A stretch of DNA of 59,166 nucleotides, the filler included, from Sphacelaria rigidula (taxonomy: Eukaryota), in assembly GCA_964200075.2 (NCBI GenBank). It is 2 parts of 2 records of this genome, joined end to end, with 100 filler letters (N's around TTAATTAATTAA, not from the genome) between each part and the next. Parts side by side here need not be neighbours in the genome. Positions count along the whole stretch, not along the records: positions 29,644 to 59,166 come from CAXNAA020000078.1; 1 more part is not named here. One strand, given 5' to 3'. The notes beneath the pieces were generated by a model. It ran no database searches, had not been told where the DNA came from, and saw only the letters and a list, made by a program, of their open reading frames with translations. Position 1 is the first letter of the stretch. Each line of letters begins with the position of its first letter. Of the stretch, positions 49,801 to 59,166 are shown piece after piece. A program made the translations under genes and the position numbers.

Positions 49801-51407
49801 TTAGGCCATTGGAAGTACTGCTTCGGGGTTGACTTCATAGATCCATGAGGTCCATTTTCGAAAAAACCTGGTTGTAGTCAAACCAGATTCACCCTACACA
49901 TCGAGGCTTCATTGACGGACGTTTCTCTCATGTGTCCGGGTTCGCTGAGCAGAGGACTACAAACTAGGGCGACATAAATGCTGCTTATTTTCAAGTGTCA
50001 AGTTTGACCTTTCCGCCTCATTTTTCTGGTGAAGAGATTGCGAGCCGGATGGTGCCACCTCGGAATGACCTCATGTGCCATCTGAGAGGATTCCCACACA
50101 CTCCGGGAGATTTTTTGGTCGACGCAGTTTTGACCGCTGATCTTGGTGAGCCTCTGAGGTTTGTGCAATTCTTTCAAGTTCAGCCGAAAGTTAAACTACG
50201 CGCACCAAAACCCCTCCACGGGTCCCGGGTTTCAGATAGACACAGAAAATCATTGGAAGGTGGAACACCTGAAGGTTCAGAATAGGCACCTTAGTTCTAA
50301 CAAACGTTTTTCGTTCCCATGAGAAGTGGTCTCCGTTGTTCGGGAAATATTGACCGCATACGAACCCCAAAGATGAAGAACATCCGAACGCATGAATGCT
50401 CACCCTCACCGTGTCTGAAGGTACTAGATCGAATTCTCCGTCACACTCACCGAGGCGACTCCTCCCTTAGCTGCTACTTCATCGCTCTTGAAGAAATTCG
50501 ACGCTTCAGCCATTTCCGATCGCTCCCAACCGCCGCCCCCACCAAGAGAGGCTGTGAAGCCAGCCTTGAGAGTTGTATCACTTGCGACGGCTTCCTTCAA
50601 ACGTCGTTTCAATTCGTCCTTGGCCTGCTTAGCTGATGGCGTCGCGCGATCCCGTTTATCTGCTTTCTCTGTCATGGCTTTTGTAGGTGAACGGTGTCTG
50701 GAACTCCCTGCGTCATCGTACATGCTTCGCGAGCTGCAGTCACGCCCTCGTGATCGATCACTGTGGCGGCCGCGTGATTTGTTGAAGGAATCCCGGTCTC
50801 GGCTGAATCGTTCCTTGTCCCAGTCTCGCCTATCGGATCCCCGTTCTCTATTTTTGTCGAATCTCCTTTCCCTTTCCCACGTGTCTCTCTTCCGCTCCGT
50901 CTGCCGGTCTCGGCTTTTACTCCGACTTCTACTTCGTCTTCGCCGTCTTCCCGCCTTGGCCTGCCTCTCGTCGCTCCTCGTGCGGCCGTGTGCTTCGGCT
51001 TCCGCCCTGCTATTATCGATGTCCCTGTCTCTGATCAACGGGAACTCACGCTCTAGGGGTCGACCAGCACTCGAGACTTCTTCAGTAGTACTCGTAAGAG
51101 ACGCGGATCTTGCATCGCCCATATCTGTTTTCCGCGCTGTCCCTGCAGGTTTACCACGTCTTCCGCCATCCCACGGGAAGGACCCTTGCGTTGTGTCCTG
51201 GTTTGCCTCGCCCTCAAAATGCGTTTGGTTGCGGGCCTCGTGGAACCAGGCAGAGCTCCGGGACGATGCTGGAGGGCTAAAAGTAATATCTGCATTGGTG
51301 GTTGAAGTTGGTCCACCAAACCCAAGCCCGACTCGCTTTGAACGCACACGGGCTTGCACTTCATCGGCGATTTTGGCCTGGTCCTCTTCTGTGAAACCAC
51401 CACTCAT
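46811..51407 (-). CDS. RS/RD-rich protein with SMN/SPF30-type Tudor domain, 4 exons, ~690 aa (putative splicing or RNA-processing factor)
   Basis: Phase-consistent exons 51407-50451, 49062-48622, 47597-47503, 47390-46811. Exon 1 has RRRRRSRSRSKSRDR and RD repeats. The Tudor domain forms across exons: LKTGELVEARYTADDEWYSAVIGQV...RYKVRYTDYGNEETISWTRIKRL. Confidence 0.85.
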
Positions 51408-52701
51408 GCTAGATATTTGGAAGCAACAAATAAGGCCTCCTGCAGACGATGAAAAACGGGTACAGGGAAGAGTTGCTGCGCAAACGAATGCACCAAAGGG
51501 GATTCATCGATATATGTCTAGAGCTTTGCAATCGAAAAAAGGAAAGAGACTGCGAAACATACTATAGCAGGGGCAGGAAGGGTACCACTGTCACCCGAAG
51601 ACTGCAGTAATGTGCGGTAGGGTGCCAACAGCACAGGGTGGGGTACTGTAGCACCGTGAGTCCTTCCTTTCGCGCTACTCGTACAGTACGGACTCTTCCG
51701 ACCTGTTTGGTACAGCTGGGTCGCACGAGTATACCGCGCTCGCTGCTGTGCAACGGTCGGCCAAGCCAGCTATGATAGTCGAGCAATACATTCGGGCTAC
51801 GTAATGATAAACTTCCTTCGAAATCAGACAGTTGAGCATGCCGTACCTGCTAGTAGTGCCGTAGTCCGTTATGACGGCACGGACACTGTGCCGATCGTAC
51901 GGTGAAGCTTGCCTCGAGACAAGACTCGGGAACAATGTTTCGCCGAAAATAAGGTCACTTTATTTACCACCCCCTGAGAAAACAAGACATGGCGGAGTTA
52001 AGGGAGTCCATCAAACACATAACCATCAAAATACGGAACAATCTTTAAAAAAATCTTATAAAGGTACCAGTACTGGAAAAACTCCCACTGAATTCCACTT
52101 CATGCGATGGATATCTCTTCGAAAGCATCAACACCAGATACTGTATAGGGAATTGTACGATCCCAAATGTCATTTTCCATGCTGTTCTGGAATTGCTCAT
52201 GATCCGATTGGGTGATACAAGATTCAAGATTCAAGATATTTTCGAGATTCAAGATTCAACAAACCTATATTGAAACCGATCACTACTTCGATGAGGGATC
52301 CATCGATCCAGGGATATTTATACGATATTTTTTCTTCATAAGGCGGCAACCGCGTCAAGGCAGCTAACTTTTGGCTCATGTGGATAATGACCTAGAGTTG
52401 ACCAGGATTCATGTGCAGTACCTTCGCCCCCACACCCACACCTGTACCCTCCTGCCTCATGTTCACCAGCAGTTGGCAGCACCAGTGACTTGGGATGATC
52501 ACAGTAGGAAGAAAAAAAATGATCTACGAAACGAGAAAATGATTCGTACCATACTATAGTGTCAGTTACAGTGAGACAATCAATCAAAAATCAATCAAAA
52601 CCAGTGCTGTAGTTCAGCTACGTTCTGTGCATAATTAAATTACACCATCTGGTCAACGGATCTGAGCTGCCAAACTATGTGGTGAAAATCCGAATGCTGC
52701 G

Positions 52702-55700
52702 ATGGCAACACAGCAGCATACGGTATCCTTTTCCTCCCTCTCGAGTAGCTTTCCACAATTTCATGAAACAATGTTTCCATTGATTGATGCGTTTAGACGG
52801 CGTTTACTAGGGGACAGCTTTTGTGAGGCAAGATCGCTGACCAGCACATTTTTCCTGGCCTGGTTGCTTAAGCAAGGGGTGGTAGACCAGCGCCAGGTGA
52901 GCGCGGGGACCACATTAGCAGTCAAAGTTTAAGTATAGTATTCACTCAATCGGGATTTTTTTATAAACGATTCGTCATATGTTACTCGAAGGTTTGAGCT
53001 CGGTAGGCTTTGGAAAAAGAAGCAAGTCTTGCTCAGGGCACACTTCCCGATTCCATGTTGTAGGAACCACACGGAGTAAAACCGGTTTATCGGAGGGGTG
53101 TTATTGATTGCATATGACCCAAAAACACGGTTTTTCGACTGTTGCGCAAAGGATATCGAGAAAAAAGGAAGAGCTAAGGCCGTATCTTCTCAAATAGTTT
53201 TTGTGTCGAAAACGTGCGGTCGAATCGAATTCGCTCGTTTCTGATTCGTCCATGCTACTGATTTTTCAGATGGTTGAGAACATGAATGCCATGGACGCAT
53301 TATTAGGTACAAGCGAATTCGATTCCACCGTACGTTTTCGAGTCGAAAACAATGTGATGAGACACAGCCTAAGCTGCTATATTGTTCGTTGTAAAAGACC
53401 GACTCTAATGGGAGCCGTTCAAATTTCTGTTCAAAACTGTTTTTTTGGCCTTTCTTCGTTGTTTTACGCCTGAAAAAAGAGCTAGGCGGATGTCGACGCC
53501 TTGGAACGACTTGCTCTACTCAATGATACCGTTTCAGGGCAACTTTGCATTTCCAGCTAGCGGGCCGCACTTTTATTGTTGGCCAAACACGGATTTTCAG
53601 TGAAAAATGGTCAAGCGATAAAAAAACAGTGGACATTTTTCATCACTTGACTGTTTTTTACTGAAAATCCGTGTATGGCCTGAGGCCGTGTCTTATCAAA
53701 TTGTTTTCGACTCGAAAACGTACGGTGGAATCGAATTTTCTCGTACCTGATACGTCCACGGCACCCATGTTCTCAACCATCTGAGAAAATGAACAGTGTG
53801 GACGAATCAGAAACGAGCTAATTCGATTCGACCGCACGTTTTCGACACGAAACCAATTTGATAGGACACGGCCTGATTTGACCAAAAACAAAACTGCGGC
53901 CAGCGAGAAATTTATATGTAGTTGCCCTAGAATGGTCTCAACGAGTAGAGGAAGTCATTTCAAGGCGTCAACGTCCGCCTAGCCCTCTTTTCGGCGTACA
54001 TCGACCGAGGAGGGCCCAAAAGGCAGTTTTCGACAGGAATTTTGAACGACTCCCATTAGAGTCGACCTAACGATTCGGATCGGTTCGTTCGAGCGAACAT
54101 ATAACGGCAGCGAGAACCGGGGAATGTACACCAGTAGGACGCCCCCAAGACGCGTGAACCCGATGTATCTCGTTCAGAATTGATCGTATAATAGTATATA
54201 TTTTATCGAAACTTGTGTCGCGTACTGATGTCTCTCGATTCCCAAACAGAAACCACGATGAGCCTTCCCGCCCTTCACGCTGGCTACCCCATACTTGACT
54301 GTGACGTACTGATCACGGCTACTCGTAGGTTCTCAATACTAGTCTGCCCCACCCTTTATAACTCGAGTTTTTTTTTTCTTCACAAAGTATGTCTGAATAA
54401 CTCATGTAATGACGTTGCAAGGACCCATGTGTATGGTACCAAAGCTGCTTTTGCGCAGTAGACTCTCGAATGGGCACTGTGTTGACCGAGTAAAACATGT
54501 TGAAGTGAGGCTGGAAATGACAGTGCAGCACGGCTGGCCGACAGTATTATTAGAGTACGGTCGGTAGAAGTGCACAGAAGGATGATTCAATCACAGTTGT
54601 TCCGGTTGTCACGGCTCTCTTAGAACGGTACTGTACAGACAGTACGTCGCTTTACATTCTAGGGTGACACCACATGACGTGACTGCACGGTACTTCCGCT
54701 CTTTGATGTGCCGTACATGGCCAGCAGCCATCCTGTAATACTGTACATGCACGGCTTTGGCGGCGCTGCGGGGAATATCGTCATGCAGTGCAGATTCACG
54801 TGTGACCATATTTACGCACGCAGTCCGTGCACTTGATCTGCTACTGCAGTCGTATGACCCTACAGTATAGCGTACCCGGTGTGTGAAGTGTATGTTGATT
54901 CTATATTGCTAGGTGCGCCTGTTATCTCCAGGGTACCGAACTCTCTGCTCCTGTTTTTCACATGTCAAAACATTGGCTAGTGTCTGACTTTAGGAACTAC
55001 TGCCGTTTTCACATGAGTGGGCTACAGCTAACGCTGCCCTCACTCAATAAAGCTGCGTCTAAGCTCCGTCTGGTGTTCGCCAAAGTACATTCCGCCACGC
55101 TTCGGTAACTCGATCACATGCGCTGTACTTCATTTGTTTCCCGCAGATCGCGTCCAAGTCGATGCACCCAACGCTCGCTGTTGGAGATCGCGTTTTGGTG
55201 GACAAGGTGTGTAAGGTGGCTTTTTGCACACAAAATATATGAATGTGGAGAAAATGTTGGACGGGTAATGCCATCAAAGTTGCGTTTTTTAGCCAATTTA
55301 TCATGTACCATCTGCACCTTTCTCCCCACTCAACATAATCAATATCCTTTGTCGAAAATACTAAGTGTCGCATTCATAGGTGAGATACACAACCACTAGG
55401 CTAATTTGTAAAACCGTTTGCTGTTTGGAGGTCGACGTGTGACAACATTTCATGTGTTTTGGAAGAAATATAAAATACGCCGCTTGACTTTAATGCTCAA
55501 CGCGTGCAATATTGCAAGCAAACTTGGAGTTCAGCTCTGGACCATTATGAAGTATCCATTAGACCTGCATTTATACCTCTGTTGCTGGTACATCGCTCAT
55601 TAGGCTTTTGTTAAGGGGCAGTCTCTAAGTACAGTATGTTGACACATATGAACAATGTGTTACTCCTGGACACACCTATGCTTGATGTCGGCCTACCTAC

Positions 55701-57560
55701 CAACCATATAACGGTCTTGGCCGGTCAGTCGAATGTTCAAAGTTTGTATGGTTTTCCACATATCCTTCAAATCGGACGCGATGATTCTGATTTTGAACGG
55801 GTCCCGTAATATTAAAAGACTGTCTCATTTCTTTCCGCGGCGAATTAGCACAAAAAAATGTAGCTTGGAGTTGGTAATTCGGACCAAACTCGTCGGATTG
55901 ATACAACTGGAACTTCATGTCTTTTGGCCGGTCATTCGGATGTTCAAAGTTTAGAGTTGATCCATCATCTCGCTCGTGGCCTGTGGTTTAGTGTTTAGGA
56001 TATGGTGTAACTGGCTACTAGGGCATTTGAATAGTGGCCGTGCACAAATTTATTTTCACACGCTGTAGTCGGTAACCGTGGCTTGTACGTGCTTTTTGTG
56101 TAGAACCCTCACGTGCATGTGTGGCTACATGGTCACGTCATGTATATGCAGGCACATGTTGGGATATACTGCAACACATGTATAAGGCGTATAGGTATAA
56201 TAACAGCTTGCAATGCAGCATAGTACAGTCAGTGTAGTATCAACATAAACATCACCAAGCTATGTCAGCGTTTTATTTAGTCCACACCCTTGACTCTAGA
56301 TTCCATTGTCAAAAAGTGTATGGCGTAGAGCATCGACTATTGCGTCTATTACAATAGACAGTAAATTCCATACTGTGCGCTCTACACATTTTGACAAGAT
56401 AATCTGTTGTCCAGGGTGTGATTTATTCTACAAGCACATTGTAAAAGCTTCTGGAATATACTTTCTCGACGCTGACTTCATTCGGCAGGCTTCTGTCGTG
56501 TTTGGACAACTCCTAGGACACCAGAGGCGTCAACACTTACGCAGGAACGACATCGTGGTTTTCAAACCGCCGGAGCACTCCAGGTGACAAAAACGTTTGG
56601 TGGAATTGATTCTCCTCGGTCGCGGTCATGCTAACTCTCCCAAGCGGATGGTGCCGACACCGACGTCGAATACCACCAGCGACAGAACAGGGCAAATGCT
56701 CATCGCGTGAATGCTCGAATCTCTGTTTGATCGCTGGCGTATCCATCGATAGGGCTACCGTCGTACATCCAGCTACTGTACTCGTAATGCATCCTGTGGC
56801 CACCATTCATGGACGACCGCGAACTGTGATCATACGCAGGCATCTTTTTGCGGAGCTGTCGGGGGAAGATACGTTTCCAACAAGCGCCAGGGAACGCATG
56901 TTGCCTTGGAGACCTGATGTGTTCTGGGAAGAAATGTCAACCAGCATCAGAGAACGCAGGTTGCCGTGGAAACAGAAACGGTCATGGCATGGCAGGCATA
57001 GCCCATTGAACAGTTCCATGGATTTCACCAAGGTGGGTAACACGTGACACAATGTTTGCAGCGCAGATGGACACTGGCCCCATGTTTCTTGTTTCAAGTA
57101 CAAAGTAAAAGATGCTCGACATTGCCTCTGATTTGTAGCGCATCGTCAATCCATATTTTGCTCATCATGCCCAACCTTGCCTCTCGTGTCTTGCGACATT
57201 CTCCAGCGTGTGGTTGGCATCGCAGGGGATGAAGTGGCGGTCCAAAGGGGTCTGCTCTACGTCAACAAAAACGTGGCGCGAGCCTTTCCCGAAGTTGCTA
57301 GTCTCGCACCCTCGAATGGGAATGTTGCGACGAAAGGCGTGTCGATGACCCGACAAGAGAATGGCAGCAAGGCTAGCTACTCGTGGGGTCCCATCGTTAT
57401 TCCTAAAGATCATGTCGTTGTGTTGGGGGACTGTCGCGATGAGAGTTTTGACTCTCACATGTGGGGCCCATTACCTGTCCACAACGTAGTAGGACGTGCT
57501 TGTGCACGGTATTGGCCTCTTCATCGGTTAGCATGGTTTCGCCGAGACGATGCTTCCTAG
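52702..57560 (+). CDS. Signal peptidase I (S26), thylakoidal-processing-peptidase/LepB-like; N-terminus uncertain
   Basis: Exons (start uncertain)-52896, 55147-55206, 56489-56583, 56840-57032, 57207-57560. TM-like TFFLAWLLKQGVV, then IASKSMHPTLAVGDRVLVDK (catalytic Ser), RNDIVVFKPP, FTK|RVVGIAGD (catalytic Lys), LGDCRDESFDSHMWGPLP, VGRA..RYWP. Confidence 0.9.
53180..54067. mobile_element. Palindrome-rich non-autonomous element(s) in a signal peptidase intron
   Basis: Inverted pairs: 53400-53545 with 53920-54065 (CGACTCTAATGGGAG / CTCCCATTAGAGTCG), 53200-53370 with 53685-53855, and a hairpin 53580-53680. Confidence 0.8.
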
Positions 57561-57600
57561 TGAGAAAAGTGGGCAAAAAGCCCCCACGAATGCACCCCAT

Positions 57601-57859
57601 CACGGGTCGGACGAATCATCGCCGGTTCAAATCACCAAATCCACGATTTTTCGGGCCTGGTTGCTCGAAGAGAGGGAAAAAAGTTGACCGCTGGTCAATA
57701 AGGTCTTCACTCAATTTTTGCGCCACTCCACGTGTCTGGGCTGCGCGTACCTGGGTTTCAACACTGAAGACAAAGCCTAAGGATTGATTCGTACCGTACG
57801 AATCAATCACACTAGAATCAAGTAATTTCCAGACGAATCATTAAGTCGCCCGACCCTTG
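57601..57859 (+). mobile_element. hAT-like ~260-bp MITE, copy 4, between two convergent stop codons
   Basis: TIR CACGGGTCGGACGA / TCGCCCGACCCTTG; TSD CACCCCAT / CATCCTAT. Confidence 0.88.
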
Positions 57860-57992
57860 CATCCTATCGTTACGCCTGCTTGCGCATCCGATTACCCACT
57901 TGCCGACTGGCCACCTGTTTCATAGCCGCAAGCCCGCGCCGATGGTTGCGTCCACGGCAACCACGACATCAGTGGTACCGGCAATGAAGGCT

Positions 57993-58877
57993 TTACTTTT
58001 TGGCGTCAGCGCTCATATCTCCTTCGACTACAATCAATACGTCTCCCTTGCCGTCAATTTCTGGGTAGTCCAGCAATGATAGCGGGTCCATCATGAGCGT
58101 CGATCCCAAGTATAGCTCCTGGGTAATTGCGTGAGGACACGGATGAGAGATATGTGATCCTATGAATTAATCGACTGACTGCGGTATTGGTAGGGTTGGT
58201 TGGCCCGGCTACGGTGCTTGTAACACGGGATCTTACAAATTGGCGATGGATCTTTTGTTGGCGAAGGGAAACCTGGAGAATAAAAATCTTTGTATCCACA
58301 CCATCTTCGGAATCTGCTTCCATTTCTTCACCAACTGATGGCTGTTGGCAACTACAACACGTCATTCAATGTTGGGGTCCTAGGTGGAAAACCATTTTGG
58401 GGGAATTTCGGGTGTCCGAACGGACGCCAAAATTACTTCGAAATTGGTTTTGCACCTAGGACCCCAACATTTCGGTGATCCAAATCCAAATTTCTACGGC
58501 GTGTAGCAGTTGTCAATAGCTATCAGTAGGTGATAAAATGGTAGCATATTTCGAAGATTTGGTGTGGCTACGAAGATTTGAATTCTCCGGGTTTTCCATC
58601 CCCAACAAAAAATCAATCCCCAATATGAATGATCCCGTGTTTTGTTTGTTGTTGCGTGGGACACGATGACTTCCGGGCTATTAATAGCAAGCAGGTCAAC
58701 AGCCCCGATTTCACGGACCATGACGTGTTTTTGGCTTCAAAACAATAGATTGCACCTTCTAGCCGTCGGCTCTACGGCCATGATATACCATGTAGGCCGC
58801 ACCTGACACGCCATGGCAATCCCAAACTCTGATTCAACGTAGCTCTTCAACAACTCCACAGTTTGCCCAAGCTGAAA
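57993..58877 (-). CDS. Small ubiquitin-like (beta-grasp) domain protein, last two exons; 5' exon(s) not identified, probably beyond the window
   Basis: Exons 58877-58803 (FQLGQTVELLKSYVESEFGIAMACQ) and 58118-57993 (ELYLGSTLMMDPLSLLDYPEIDGKGDVLIVVEGDMSADAKK*), phase 0, canonical splice sites. Pattern parallels ubiquitin TIENVK..I....GIP...Q.L.F.G..L.D..TL.DY. Confidence 0.8.
58222..58641. mobile_element. Palindromic (foldback) MITE, copy 2, 4-bp TSD TTGT, intronic
   Basis: AACACGGGATC ... GATCCCGTGTT flanked by TTGT on both sides; homologous to 24904-25307. Confidence 0.9.
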
Positions 58878-59166
58878 CTGGCGAAGACGTGAAACCCAGA
58901 CGTGGAATTGATGAAGCATTTGTTTCAGTCAACGCACGGGGGGTCGAACGGATACAGCGCAAAATGTGAATGTGGGTCATCGGCAGTCATGTCCTCATCA
59001 TTTCGGTGAAGCCAACTTAATTGAGGCTGATATTGTGCAATACTCATTTTCCAAAAATTCGTGTTATGTCAACATATCAGCAGTATGTTGGAGTTATTCA
59101 ACGATAGGCGGGGGCGGGGGGGGGGGGGGGGGGGGGGGTGTTGCGTGGGGACGGGAGGACGAGGAG

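Noticed and set aside
50488..51567. 359-aa plus-strand ORF
   Set aside because: Antisense shadow of the RS-rich exon (SRL/SL repeats); the minus strand has splice-consistent support.
55975..56050. tRNA or SINE head (TGGTTTAGTGTTTAGGAT)
   Set aside because: A-box-like only; no B box at suitable spacing.
59107..59140. G-quadruplex or regulatory poly-G
   Set aside because: Simple homopolymer at the window edge, probably intronic and error-prone; nothing supports a function.

Overview
This is eukaryotic, intron-rich, TE-dense genomic DNA. A stramenopile, probably a brown alga, is inferred from gene architecture and content; this is not proven. The left half (1 to ~29.5 kb) is almost entirely mobile-element debris: a decayed Ty3/gypsy retrotransposon with PPT and 3' LTR, a tRNA-derived SINE family, and nested non-autonomous DNA transposons (hAT-like, piggyBac-like, Sola-like, Tc1/mariner-like, foldback). 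A 100-bp artificial scaffold linker sits at 29544-29643. The right half holds four spliced genes reconstructed by hand: a 22-exon trehalose-6-phosphate synthase/phosphatase fusion (+, 30677-43974) with a diverged synthase active site; a 4-exon RS/RD-rich Tudor-domain protein (-, 46811-51407); a signal peptidase I of thylakoidal-processing type (+, ~52702-57560); and the 3' exons of a ubiquitin-like protein (-, 57993-58877). There is no CRISPR array, rRNA or intact tRNA. I found no clearly new multi-gene system. The best leads are the SINE family with a shared 3' tail, the nested MITEs with unusual ends, and the TPS/TPP and Tudor-RS proteins.
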